The notes under the pieces are model-generated. The model was not told the origin of the DNA and ran no database searches. It was given only the letters and a program-made list of their open reading frames with translations. Of a DNA stretch of 41,127 bases, positions 1-9,471 are shown in pieces. The translations under genes and the position numbers were made by a program. This stretch comes from a virus. Its lineage: Duplodnaviria; Caudoviricetes. Each line of letters begins with the position of its first letter. Position 1 is the stretch's first letter. The stretch lies in the IMG/VR virus record IMGVR_UViG_3300046049_000082, positions 1 through 41,127 of that record. The stretch is one strand, 5' to 3'.

Positions 1-42
1 GTGTCTTCCGTCAGGAGTACCTCGCAGAGTTCGTCGACGAAA
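1..42. repeat. Terminal direct repeat, left copy (circular assembly overlap)
   Basis: GTGTCTTCCGTCAGGAGTACCTCGCAGAGTTCGTCGACGAAA at 1-42 is identical to 41086-41127 and lies inside the terminase ORF. Confidence 0.97.
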
Positions 43-632
43 CTGGGGGTGTGTTTGAGGACCTCGACGAGCGGCTGTTCACCGCCGACTACGATCTTGA
101 GACGGCGACAGGCACCGAGCCATACGCCCACGGGTGGGATTTTGCCCGCCACCAGGACTACTTCGTCGGCGTCGTCCTCGATGCCGACGGCGACGTCGTC
201 GACTATCATCGCTCGCAAGGCGACGCGTGGCCGCAGATTCAGCGGACCATCGAGCGTGTCGCCAACGAGTATCCTGGCCCGGTCGCGCTGGATGCCTCAC
301 GGGATAACAAGGTGGTCGCCGACCTCAGCGACTCACTCGGCCGCGGCCGCGTCGAGCCGGTTACGTTTTCGCCGAAACGGAAACGCGAGCTGATCGAGGA
401 CCTCATCGCAACCGTCGAGGCCGGCGAACTGACGGCGCCGGACATCCCACAGCTGCGACACGAACTCGAGATCTTTGAATACGACGTGACGCCGAGCGGG
501 ACGGTGCGGTACGATGCGCCGGAGGGGTTCCACGACGACATCGTTGACGCTCTTGCGTTAGCCGTCACAGCGCGTGCTGGTAAACGAAATCAGCCTGAAA
601 TCCGGCGGCGGACAGCACGGAGCAACCTCTAA
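1..632 (+). CDS. terL: Terminase large subunit, C-terminal nuclease part (continues from 40452 across the junction; about 421 aa in total)
   Basis: Frame across the junction reads RVFRQEYLAEFVDETGGVFEDL...; RNase H-like motifs GWDFA..D and HDDIVDALALA; directly upstream of the portal. Confidence 0.93.
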   Translation, partial: VFRQEYLAEFVDETGGVFEDLDERLFTADYDLETATGTEPYAHGWDFARHQDYFVGVVLDADGDVVDYHRSQGDAWPQIQRTIERVANEYPGPVALDASRDNKVVADLSDSLGRGRVEPVTFSPKRKRELIEDLIATVEAGELTAPDIPQLRHELEIFEYDVTPSGTVRYDAPEGFHDDIVDALALAVTARAGKRNQPEIRRRTARSNL

Positions 633-635
633 TCC

Positions 636-2213
636 ATGAGCACGAGCGACGACATTGACCGCGTCGAGATCGATACCAGCGACCAGTCGCGTGGCCGCCT
701 GCGCCGAGCGTGGGACACGCTGCAGGACACCGTCCGTCAGCCTGTCGAGACGGTCACCCGCAGCACGACCCTCCAAACCGCCTCGGGCGATGTCGAGGAC
801 ATCGACCCGCCGGAGGACATCGACGAGTTCGTCGAGCTGTACTACGAGGTCAGCCCAATCCGGAAAAACGTCAACGAGTTTGTCTCGGACGTCACGGCGC
901 CAGGCATCCGCGTCCAGAGCCCCGACGACGCGACGGAGGCGTACTTCCACGGCGGCGATGACGCTCCAGATGCCGCCCCGGAGGGTGGCTTCCTTTCGGA
1001 GTGCTTCGTCTTCGACGAGCGCCGGCAGCCGTTCGGCAAGGGCCTCGAGCTCTCCGTTCGCGACCGCTGGGTGCGCGGCACGGTCCTCGTTGAGTACCTG
1101 AAAGACGACCCAGAGGACGAGGACAGCATCATCACGGGCTTCAAGTTCATCCGCCCGGAGACGGTCAGCGCCCGCACCTACGACAACAGGACCCAGCTAG
1201 TCAAGCCGGACGACACCGACGCGGCCGACATGACGACAAAGCGCGACGAGGCGGCGGCGTACGTCCAGTTCGACGAGGAGTCCATTCTCGGCCGGCGGAC
1301 GGGCCGTGACCTGTTCACTGACGACGACACGTCAATCCCACTCAGCCAGAATGACGTCCTGAAGCTCGTCCTCGATCAGGACATCGGTGGCGACAACCCG
1401 GAGGCGGGCGTCTTTGGCGAGTCGATTATTCGGGCGTGCAAGGACGACGCCGACGCCTACCGAAATATCAAGACCGACCTGCGGAAAGCCATCCGCGGGA
1501 AGGCATGGGGCATCTGGACACTCCAGATGACGCCCGAAGTGCTGGACCTGGGCGATTCCTACGAGGTAATCGAGTGGAATCAGGACAACGTCGACAGCGC
1601 CGAACGGGAAGTGGACGACCTCGGCCCGGGCGACGCTCTGATGACCGAGGCCAACATCGACCTTGAGCGTCACGATGGCGATGTCCCTGATTTGGAGTGG
1701 GCGCTCAAGCGGTATGCCCGCGACATCATCGACCCGCTGCCGGCGCCGTTCTACAAGCACTCGAACGCGACCGACATCAACCAGTTCGTCACCAAGGACC
1801 AGCAGGAGGATTACCAGGAACTCATCCGCGACGCGCGGGGCTACCAGGCCGCCCAATGGGAGACGGCGTTCCGCGAAGTCGCCCGCCGGCACGATGATTT
1901 GCAGGCCGACGGCCTGACGGTCACCATCGAACCCGACGAAGATGCCTCGCCCATCACGTCGCTGGATGAGGGCACCATCGACAAGATCGCCACGTTTGCC
2001 GAGGCGCTGGACACACTGTCGGGGCAGCTCCCGGCAACGGACGTCTTCGGCGAGGCGACCATTCGCGAGCTCGTGGCGATGCTCCCCGAAAACGCGGAGG
2101 TTCGGGAGACGCTTGCCGACCACGGTCACAAGGACGACGGCGATAGTGAGCAGGCCGAACAGGTCGCCGAACAGTTCGACCGGCTACTCCAGACCAACGG
2201 CCACGACGAATGA
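636..2213 (+). CDS. Portal protein
   Basis: 525 aa acidic ORF directly after terL; the ...FGESII... segment and size fit a portal; assigned mainly by synteny. Confidence 0.8.
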   Translation: MSTSDDIDRVEIDTSDQSRGRLRRAWDTLQDTVRQPVETVTRSTTLQTASGDVEDIDPPEDIDEFVELYYEVSPIRKNVNEFVSDVTAPGIRVQSPDDATEAYFHGGDDAPDAAPEGGFLSECFVFDERRQPFGKGLELSVRDRWVRGTVLVEYLKDDPEDEDSIITGFKFIRPETVSARTYDNRTQLVKPDDTDAADMTTKRDEAAAYVQFDEESILGRRTGRDLFTDDDTSIPLSQNDVLKLVLDQDIGGDNPEAGVFGESIIRACKDDADAYRNIKTDLRKAIRGKAWGIWTLQMTPEVLDLGDSYEVIEWNQDNVDSAEREVDDLGPGDALMTEANIDLERHDGDVPDLEWALKRYARDIIDPLPAPFYKHSNATDINQFVTKDQQEDYQELIRDARGYQAAQWETAFREVARRHDDLQADGLTVTIEPDEDASPITSLDEGTIDKIATFAEALDTLSGQLPATDVFGEATIRELVAMLPENAEVRETLADHGHKDDGDSEQAEQVAEQFDRLLQTNGHDE

Positions 2214-3124
2214 GTGCGGTCGCCGACGCGGTCCCGGCCCATCGCCGTGATCCGACAGGCACGGCAACGATTCGAGACCGCTACGCCCGACGCCTTCGCG
2301 GCGGCTTCGCGGACATCAACACGCTGATTCGCGAGGGCGTTCGCGAGCGGGATGTCTTCGGCCTTCAAGTCGACACGCTGCAGGACGACCTGCCGCCGCT
2401 GGCGCGCTTTGACCGCGACGCCCGCAAGCGCGACCTCTTCAACGAGTGGCTCCAGGAGCGCCTCAACGAGGACGTTCTGACGGTCATCGAGCGGGACGGC
2501 AACCGGTTCATCGACGCCGCCTACCGCCGCGGGCTGGAGGACGCCGACCGCTTCGTCGAAGCCGGCGACATCGGCACCGGGGCGGGCGAGGTCGCGGCCT
2601 CCCTTGACGTGCCGGTCCACGAGCGCGCAGTCAAGGACCTGTATGCCCGCAACTTCCAGGCGCTCAAGGACATCTCGGCCGGGGTGGGCCGGCAGGTCGG
2701 CGGGGAGCTGGCCGAGGGACTGGCAGCTGGCGAGAACCCGACAAAGGTCGCTCGCCGTCTCACCGACCGCGTCGACAGCATCGGGAAGACGCGGGCGACG
2801 GTGCTCGCTCGGACGGAGATTATCAACGCACACAGCGAGGCGGCGTTGACCCGCTACGAGCAGCTGGGCGTCGGCGGCGTGACGGTCCAGGCCGAATGAC
2901 TGACGGCTGGCGACAGGCGCGTCTGTCCCATCTGCCAGAATCTCGAGGGCAGAACGTGGACCATCGAGGAAGCCCGCCAGGAGACGGTAACGCTCACTGA
3001 GGATGACGTGGCCGACGCGGTCCCGGACGGGCGGTCGGCATCGTCGTTCACCGGTAAGTTCCCCGTCAAGCCGCCGGCCCACCCGCAGTGTCGCTGTACG
3101 CTTCTCCCAAATGTGATATCATGA
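2210..3124 (+). pseudogene. Head morphogenesis protein (SPP1 gp7/Mu gpF-like) interrupted by an in-frame TGA at 2897-2899
   Basis: RATVLARTEII motif; after the TGA the same frame continues LTAGDRRVCPIC...PPAHPQCRCTLLP to a TGA at 3122-3124, the typical C-terminal motifs of this family. Confidence 0.85.
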
Positions 3125-3291
3125 ACGCAGTACTACCACTCGACGTATCGCCGGTGACATCGTGGCGTCCGTGCGAGAGTTGCGGCGTCAAGCGCGTCCG
3201 GTATCGGGTGCGGTTTGACCCACCTGGCCAGGCCCGCGTCACCCACCGCCTGTGCGATAACTGCGCCGACGCGATTCGGCAGGGAGCATGA
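3121..3291 (+). CDS. Small zinc-finger protein (CESC...CDNC)
   Basis: ATG overlaps the upstream TGA (ATGA); two CxxC pairs in 56 aa. Confidence 0.6.
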   Translation: MNAVLPLDVSPVTSWRPCESCGVKRVRYRVRFDPPGQARVTHRLCDNCADAIRQGA

Positions 3292-3352
3292 CGCAAGAGG
3301 CTGGGCCGCGCGGCAACCCAGCGGCGAACATCCATAGCCGCGCTATAGGAAT

Positions 3353-4648
3353 ATGAACACGGGCCCCACTATCGACCCCGAGCGCCAGCGGACGCTTGAC
3401 GACAACATCGAACTGCACCAGCTCAAGCGCCTCATCCTGGATTCGACCGACGCCTTCGGGAAACTCGTCGCCGATGCAACGGAAAACGAACTCGACATCG
3501 CCACTCAATACGACTTCTCGCCCGAGCGGGGCCGTCTCTTCCGGAACGGGTCGCGCGCCTTCCCACACTACAACACCGTCTCGCAGTTCAGCGACGACGC
3601 CGACGTGTGGACGCTCCAGCCTGACGCCGGCGACAGGATGCACATCAGATCTGCCGAGAGCGTCACCTACACGGTCAATTACGTCCTCCAGCTCTCGCAG
3701 GCGTTCGAACTCAACCAGTCGCTTACGAACGGGGACGTCCTTCGGTGGGCTGCCTACAATGGCACCGACGGGTGGGTCGCCGAGCAACGCGGCGCCGACC
3801 ACGCCGACGACCAGATCGACGTCATTGAGTCGCGTGGTGGCGCCGAAACCACACTGGCCACGGACGTCACCCTCGCCCAGCCGGTCACCGATTGGACGCG
3901 CTACGAACTCCGGTATAACTGGTACAATGTCGGGAACCAGCGCTGGGTCCAGACATATACCGACGACGGGACGCAGGTCAATTCGGAACTCGTCACGACG
4001 AGTAATGACGGCGAGCGTGGACCAGAGACGGCCAATCTCAACATCTGGTGGGAGATCCAAGCGGCCGACACCACCACGAATCTCGAACTCCGCGTCGGGA
4101 GTGGCGGCGCGATCACGCTTGGGTCGCCCCAATCACTGACCCGCGACAAAACCCAGCTCGTCCAAGTGACGGTTGAGGGAACGAACGGCGCTTGGGAACC
4201 CGTGTATGCGATTCGCCTTGCCCCGGACAATCCCAATGTCAACGCCGCATTCTCCCAACTCGACGTCCTCGACTACGCCGCCAGCGCCGACCTCGAACTC
4301 GTCGTCGCGTCGGTCGCCGCCAGCAAGACCGACGCCAGCGGCTGGAGCGTCCCCGAGTACCATCATGCCGCCAGTTCGGCGATTGAATCAACGACGAACA
4401 TCTCGGAGGTGCCCAACGGGTCGGGGGTCCAGACCGACCTTGGGACGAGCGAGGAGTTCGGCGGCCACACCGTCGCCACCGCCGCGAAGATCGATGGCGG
4501 CATCGGCTCGGAATCGGTCGGAACGGCCAACCCCGTCCGCCAAGAGAAGAAGGCGGTCCTTGGGTCGGACGTGCTCGTCGTCCTGGCGCGGACGGACTCC
4601 ACCGGCAGTCAACTGAGTTTCGTCTGGGGCGTCGACCAAAACTGGTGA
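3353..4648 (+). CDS. Uncharacterised beta-rich protein in the head module (possible minor virion protein)
   Basis: 431 aa acidic, Thr/Trp-rich ORF; position in the head module. Confidence 0.6.
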   Translation: MNTGPTIDPERQRTLDDNIELHQLKRLILDSTDAFGKLVADATENELDIATQYDFSPERGRLFRNGSRAFPHYNTVSQFSDDADVWTLQPDAGDRMHIRSAESVTYTVNYVLQLSQAFELNQSLTNGDVLRWAAYNGTDGWVAEQRGADHADDQIDVIESRGGAETTLATDVTLAQPVTDWTRYELRYNWYNVGNQRWVQTYTDDGTQVNSELVTTSNDGERGPETANLNIWWEIQAADTTTNLELRVGSGGAITLGSPQSLTRDKTQLVQVTVEGTNGAWEPVYAIRLAPDNPNVNAAFSQLDVLDYAASADLELVVASVAASKTDASGWSVPEYHHAASSAIESTTNISEVPNGSGVQTDLGTSEEFGGHTVATAAKIDGGIGSESVGTANPVRQEKKAVLGSDVLVVLARTDSTGSQLSFVWGVDQNW

Positions 4649-4657
4649 GCCACCAAC

Positions 4658-5434
4658 ATGACAACCTATGATACCTTCGCCGACGGCATCGGCATCACGG
4701 TCCTCGAATCGGACCGTGGCACCGTCGACAACGTCCAGGAGAACAGCCCCATCAGCATCCACGGCGTGGCCATCCCAGAAAATACCATCCTCGAGGGGGG
4801 CCAAGGCGTCCCGCACGTCTACACGCCGGCGGCGGCCGAGGAAGCGGCCGAGGTGCTGGCCGAGCAAGTCGACGACCCCGACGCGACGGTCCACATCGTC
4901 AAGAACTTCCACGATATCGAGGGGCAAGCCGGTGCCGACGACATCATCGGCGAGGTGACTGCAGCCTCCTATAGCGAGGGCGTGGGCGTGCTATTCGGTG
5001 CCGAAATTACCGACGAGGCGACGGCACAGAAAATCGACCTCGGGTACCTAGACGTATCGCCGTCCGTGGCGCGATCGCTAGGTGACATCGACGAGACGGT
5101 GGATGCTCGCATTGTTGAAGAGGTGGCTGGCTTCCGCGACATCGCCGTTGTGGGGCAAGGCCAGCCCGGCGCCGACGTGAACGTCGGGTCGAACCCGGCC
5201 ATCGAGGCGCTCAGTCGGGCGGCAGTGGGCGACGTCCTCGGCGACGGGTCTGACGACCCGGGGGACGCGCCAGACGACGACCCTGACCCACCGATGACAG
5301 TTGACGACGCAAAGGAGACCATCGCCGAGGAATACGACCTCGACGTGGCCGAACTCGAAGACCGGCTGGAGACAGCCGAGGACCCGGCCCCCGACACCGA
5401 CGAGAACACGATCGTCCTCGTCGAGTCGGAGTAA
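4658..5434 (+). CDS. Putative prohead protease with acidic scaffold-like tail
   Basis: IHGVAI...KNFH...IIGEV...LDVSPS pattern (candidate His/Ser catalytic residues); upstream of the scaffold and capsid genes. Confidence 0.6.
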   Translation: MTTYDTFADGIGITVLESDRGTVDNVQENSPISIHGVAIPENTILEGGQGVPHVYTPAAAEEAAEVLAEQVDDPDATVHIVKNFHDIEGQAGADDIIGEVTAASYSEGVGVLFGAEITDEATAQKIDLGYLDVSPSVARSLGDIDETVDARIVEEVAGFRDIAVVGQGQPGADVNVGSNPAIEALSRAAVGDVLGDGSDDPGDAPDDDPDPPMTVDDAKETIAEEYDLDVAELEDRLETAEDPAPDTDENTIVLVESE

Positions 5435-5503
5435 CGACCGTTCTCCAGGCCCGATGACGCGGGAGCCCCCGCTGAGGTCCTGGACTGCAACCACCTGATA
5501 CCC

Positions 5504-6013
5504 ATGAGCAACCACACGGTGCAGCTTCCAGAGGGCATGACCGCCGACGACGCGCGGGACGTGCTTCGGGAGTACGCACGAACGGACGACGCACAGATCA
5601 CGAACAACGACACGCTGGCGGCCCTCCGCGAGGAGGTCAAGGAGGCCAAGGAGGCCTTCGCGGCCGTCCTGGCCGAGGAGTCGCCCCAGTCGGCAGACAC
5701 GCTCGCCCGGCAGGACATGGATGCGCTGACGGAACCGTTCCGCGACGACGAGGGCGACATCGATGTCGACACGCTCCGCCAGGAGCCGGAGACCAAGTCC
5801 GGCGCCGGCGGCAGCGGTGGCGACGACCCCAGCGACGACCCTGATCCGGATACGCTGTCGCTGGACGACAAAGAAGAACTGCAGCGCCTCGACCGCAAGC
5901 GGCGGACGTTCCGCTCGCGCGGCATCGACGGCCGAGCCGACACGCTCGAGGCAGAAATGTGCGAGCTGGCCGGCATCGAAGACTTCGACACCCTCGAACA
6001 GGAGGTGCTCTAG
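5504..6013 (+). CDS. Putative scaffold protein
   Basis: Acidic, helical 169 aa ORF between the protease and capsid genes. Confidence 0.5.
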   Translation: MSNHTVQLPEGMTADDARDVLREYARTDDAQITNNDTLAALREEVKEAKEAFAAVLAEESPQSADTLARQDMDALTEPFRDDEGDIDVDTLRQEPETKSGAGGSGGDDPSDDPDPDTLSLDDKEELQRLDRKRRTFRSRGIDGRADTLEAEMCELAGIEDFDTLEQEVL

Positions 6014-6433
6014 ATGTCTGGGAACAACGGACTTGGCGACGCGACCACGGGCGACGGCTACGCCGCCCGCACGGTCGAAGCCAACGAAAGCATTAGCGCC
6101 GGCGACTTCGTCGCACTCGATCAGACGGCCAGCGACAATAACGTCCCGCAGATCGTCCAGCTAGACAACGGCGACACCAACGAGGACCAGCTCGCCGGCG
6201 TCGCCAAGGAGGACTTCTCCAATGGCGACATCGGCACCGTCCAGACGGACGGCTGGGTCGTCGGGAACGTCGAAACCGGGATCTCGATGGGCGAGCGGCT
6301 CGGCTCCGGCGGCACGGCTGGCCGCGCGACCTCCGAGAACGGCGGCCAGGCCCTCGCGTGGAGCAACGAAGGCGGCACCGACCAGACCGGGACGAACCTG
6401 GGCGGCAACGAAGCGGAAGTCTACCTCGGGTGA
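6014..6433 (+). CDS. Capsid decoration/cement protein (DUF2190-like)
   Basis: A.E.I.AGD.V...LAGVA...V...G pattern; 139 aa; directly upstream of the major capsid gene. Confidence 0.65.
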   Translation: MSGNNGLGDATTGDGYAARTVEANESISAGDFVALDQTASDNNVPQIVQLDNGDTNEDQLAGVAKEDFSNGDIGTVQTDGWVVGNVETGISMGERLGSGGTAGRATSENGGQALAWSNEGGTDQTGTNLGGNEAEVYLG

Positions 6434-6439
6434 TACCAC

Positions 6440-7279
6440 ATGGCAATTACTGCAGCTGACGTCATCAGCAACACCGACGTGCGAGCGGTCCTCGAAGAGC
6501 GCACGCAGGAGATGTACCAGTTCCGTCGCGCCTACCGCGACCACGACGCGACCGGCATCAACGACAGCTCGTTCAACTTCCCGCAGGCGGACGACGACGT
6601 CCGCGACGCGATGGACGAGATCGGCGAGGAGGCCAGCTACCCGCGCGGGGAGCTGAACTACTCGAACGTCACGGCCAACTACACCAAGGACGGCTTCGAG
6701 ATCGCCGTCTCGGACGAGGCCATCTCGGACAACGTCTTCGATCTCGTCATAGACGTGACCGAGGAGATGGCTGTCGCCGCCGAGTCGGAGCTCGACAGCC
6801 GGGCGTGGTCGCTGATGGACCCCAACGACGGGAACAACCTCAACAGCGACAGCCCAATCGGCACCGACGGCACCGACCTCAACTACGCGGCCGTCGTCGA
6901 CGCCTACACCGAGCTGCTCGAAGACGAGCTCCGCCCGAGTGACTTCGAACTCCTCACGTCGGCGGACGGCTTCGGCGATCTCGCAACGGACGACAACTTC
7001 ACCCACGCCACCAGCCAGGGCGACCAGACGGTCCGCCAGGGCACGCTGCAGGTCGGCTTCGGTGTGCCGATCGTCCCGACGAACACGGGCGACCTCGCCG
7101 ACGACGAGGCCAACATGGTCGACACGGGCCTGTACGGCTACGAGTCGACCCGGTGGGACCAGGAGGTCACCAACTACCGCGAGGAGAAGCACGACCGCGA
7201 CGTGTTCAAGATCCGCCACCGCAAGGACTTCGTCGTCATGAAGTCCGAGGCGGCCATCCACATCCAGGGCGGCGTGTAA
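6440..7279 (+). CDS. Major capsid protein (HK97 fold)
   Basis: EIGEEASYP, KDGFEIAVSDEAI, FGVPIV and C-terminal R.DFVVM..EA motifs; 279 aa; synteny. Confidence 0.88.
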   Translation: MAITAADVISNTDVRAVLEERTQEMYQFRRAYRDHDATGINDSSFNFPQADDDVRDAMDEIGEEASYPRGELNYSNVTANYTKDGFEIAVSDEAISDNVFDLVIDVTEEMAVAAESELDSRAWSLMDPNDGNNLNSDSPIGTDGTDLNYAAVVDAYTELLEDELRPSDFELLTSADGFGDLATDDNFTHATSQGDQTVRQGTLQVGFGVPIVPTNTGDLADDEANMVDTGLYGYESTRWDQEVTNYREEKHDRDVFKIRHRKDFVVMKSEAAIHIQGGV

Positions 7280-7281
7280 GG

Positions 7282-7605
7282 ATGCCCCACCGGCTGCACG
7301 TCGCGCCGGTCACCAGTTCCAGCCAGCTCCAGCGAGCGCTGTCGCCAGGACAGGCCGACGACTACGGCACGCTCGACGGCGAGACACTCGTCGTCGAGGA
7401 CGCGGCGACGGCCGAGCGGCTAGTCGAGCGGTATCCGAACGTGAGCTGGACCGACGACTCCAATGACGCCCCTACCCCCGACGAGCGCAGTGTAACGCGC
7501 GGGACGGTCGAGGCCGACAGCGCGAGGTACGACTGTGGCGTGAACGGGTGCTCGCGGTCGGTCGACAGCCCGAGTGAGACCTGCTGGCAGCACGAGGAGG
7601 ACTAA
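7282..7605 (+). CDS. Hypothetical protein with C-terminal Cys/His cluster
   Basis: ATG 2 nt after the capsid stop; CGVNGC...CWQH. Confidence 0.65.
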   Translation: MPHRLHVAPVTSSSQLQRALSPGQADDYGTLDGETLVVEDAATAERLVERYPNVSWTDDSNDAPTPDERSVTRGTVEADSARYDCGVNGCSRSVDSPSETCWQHEED

Positions 7606-7608
7606 CTC

Positions 7609-8013
7609 ATGGCAACCACAGTCGGGACGACGCCGACGGATGTCCACTTCGAGATTGACACCAACCTGTCGAATTCGGATATCAGCGATGTGCTGTCTCG
7701 TGTCGAGCGGGACATTGACCGCGCCTACTCGTCGGGCACGGGCGACTTCGACGGCACCCAGCACCGGATCGACTTCGAGGCGGCGCTGGCGGCGCTGCGC
7801 ATCGCCGAGGGCAACGCCCCCGACGCGGAGTCCCGCACCGCCGCGGAGGTCTCCAGTGGCCGGACGAGCGTCACGTACGACGCCTCGACGGTTGACGCCC
7901 TCCGCCAGCGCGTCCGCCGGCGCGACCCCGGCAGCGAGTTCGGGACGCCGGCCAGCGTCCGGCGGGACACCGACCGCTACGTGACCAGCGCGACGCCCGG
8001 AAACGACACGTAA
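7609..8013 (+). CDS. Putative head-tail adaptor
   Basis: 134 aa; SSGRTSVTY motif typical of adaptors; synteny. Confidence 0.6.
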   Translation: MATTVGTTPTDVHFEIDTNLSNSDISDVLSRVERDIDRAYSSGTGDFDGTQHRIDFEAALAALRIAEGNAPDAESRTAAEVSSGRTSVTYDASTVDALRQRVRRRDPGSEFGTPASVRRDTDRYVTSATPGNDT

Positions 8014-8041
8014 CCGAAACCACACCACAACACCCCCAGAG

Positions 8042-8413
8042 ATGGCTTCGTTCAATCTTACTGCAACCGGCTTCGACGATGTGCTAATACTCTTCGATGA
8101 CATCTCGACACAGTTTGATGGCGACTCGGTGTACCTCGTCGGCCCGACCGTCGAGTACGCCGTCTACGTCGAGCTGGGGACCAGTAAGATGGAAGCCCGC
8201 CCGTTCGTTCGGCCTGCCGCAGAGCGGGTGCAGTCCGATTTCGGTCTCGTCTCGCAGTTCATCGACGGCAGCGTCCTCGAGGTCGGCGAAGAGGGGCTTA
8301 TTGAAGCCACTGCACTCGCCGTCGAAGCTGAAATCGTCCGCATCATCACAGAAAAGGGGTTGATTGATACCAACACGATGCGGGCCTCGGTCACCACCAA
8401 ACAGGTATCCTGA
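8042..8413 (+). CDS. HK97 gp10-like neck/tail-completion protein
   Basis: EYAVYVELGTSKMEARPFVRPA and IDTNTMRAS motifs. Confidence 0.85.
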   Translation: MASFNLTATGFDDVLILFDDISTQFDGDSVYLVGPTVEYAVYVELGTSKMEARPFVRPAAERVQSDFGLVSQFIDGSVLEVGEEGLIEATALAVEAEIVRIITEKGLIDTNTMRASVTTKQVS

Positions 8414-8414
8414 C

Positions 8415-8762
8415 ATGCACGGGCCAACACGCCGCCTCATCAAGCAACTGGGGGAGACGTACACCGTCCGGAACGCCGACGGGAACACGTCTGGCCGCTC
8501 CACGCCATCGTACGAGGACGATGGTAGCGTGACGGCGGTGATAGAGCGCCGCAGCGCTCCGGAGGTGCACATCGATAGTGACGGGAGTGAAGTGCGGACG
8601 GACACCGAGCTCCGGGTCGTCGGGGATGCCACGATCCGTGAGGCTGGCGATGTGGACGGCTATCCGAGCCAGCTGGTGCATCCAGACGGCTACACCTACG
8701 AGGTGAAAGCCGTATATCCAGAGGACAGCGGCGTAACCGTGCTCTCAGTGGAGCGAACCTAA
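8415..8762 (+). CDS. Putative head-closure protein
   Basis: 115 aa beta-rich ORF from the ATG at 8415; LGETYTV...DGYTYEV; synteny. Confidence 0.6.
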   Translation: MHGPTRRLIKQLGETYTVRNADGNTSGRSTPSYEDDGSVTAVIERRSAPEVHIDSDGSEVRTDTELRVVGDATIREAGDVDGYPSQLVHPDGYTYEVKAVYPEDSGVTVLSVERT

Positions 8763-8764
8763 CC

Positions 8765-9253
8765 ATGGAAGACGTCAGCGATGACCTCGTATCATTCCTC
8801 AGGTCACGGTTCAACACCAGCGTCGTCTCGGTCTCATTTACGACCACCGACATCGACCATGCGGATTACGATGGCCCGAACGCCTATCCCCAGATCGCGG
8901 TTGTCTCCGAGGACCCTGTGGTCCCGGGCGGCGGCCAAACGCAGTTTACGGGGATCGATGGCGGGGGTGGTGGCCCGATTCAGGACGTCGTCGTTAGCGT
9001 CTTGGTCGACTGCTGGGGCGGGCCCGAAGACGCTGACGCCTACCAGGGCGTCGACGTTCACCCAGACTTGGTCGCAACAGAGCTCGCGACCGAAGTCTGG
9101 CGGCGATGTCTCAACGCATCGACGGACAATCCACCAGATGGATATGAATGGATCAGTGCCGAGCCGCCGCGGGATGCTGACGACACTGAGCGGAACACCG
9201 TCCACTACCGCCAGCAGGTCGTGTGTCGCCTCAAATACACGTGGACACCCTAA
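8765..9253 (+). CDS. Putative tail terminator
   Basis: 162 aa; YPQIAV...VLVDCW pattern; upstream of the tail tube gene. Confidence 0.6.
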   Translation: MEDVSDDLVSFLRSRFNTSVVSVSFTTTDIDHADYDGPNAYPQIAVVSEDPVVPGGGQTQFTGIDGGGGGPIQDVVVSVLVDCWGGPEDADAYQGVDVHPDLVATELATEVWRRCLNASTDNPPDGYEWISAEPPRDADDTERNTVHYRQQVVCRLKYTWTP

Positions 9254-9261
9254 CTACCATC

Positions 9262-9462
9262 ATGCACGTACGGACTGAAAACGACGCTCTCATCGAGCTG
9301 TATAACGACGACGTGGTGCCGCCCGAAGACGAGCGCACCGGCAGCAAATCGGACTATCGGCTCACATTCAGTGAGAACAACCTCGCACAGTGCAAGCGCG
9401 AGGTCGGCACGGCTTACCTCAAGCACTACGACACCATCCACCGGCACGACGCCGGCGACTAA
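9262..9462 (+). CDS. Small hypothetical protein
   Basis: 66 aa ORF filling the gap in the tail operon. Confidence 0.55.
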   Translation: MHVRTENDALIELYNDDVVPPEDERTGSKSDYRLTFSENNLAQCKREVGTAYLKHYDTIHRHDAGD

Positions 9463-9471
9463 CATCCAACG

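Noticed and set aside
2897-2899. Genome-wide TGA recoding or selenocysteine
   Set aside because: TGA terminates many genes with ATGA overlaps; the expected residue is Trp, not Cys
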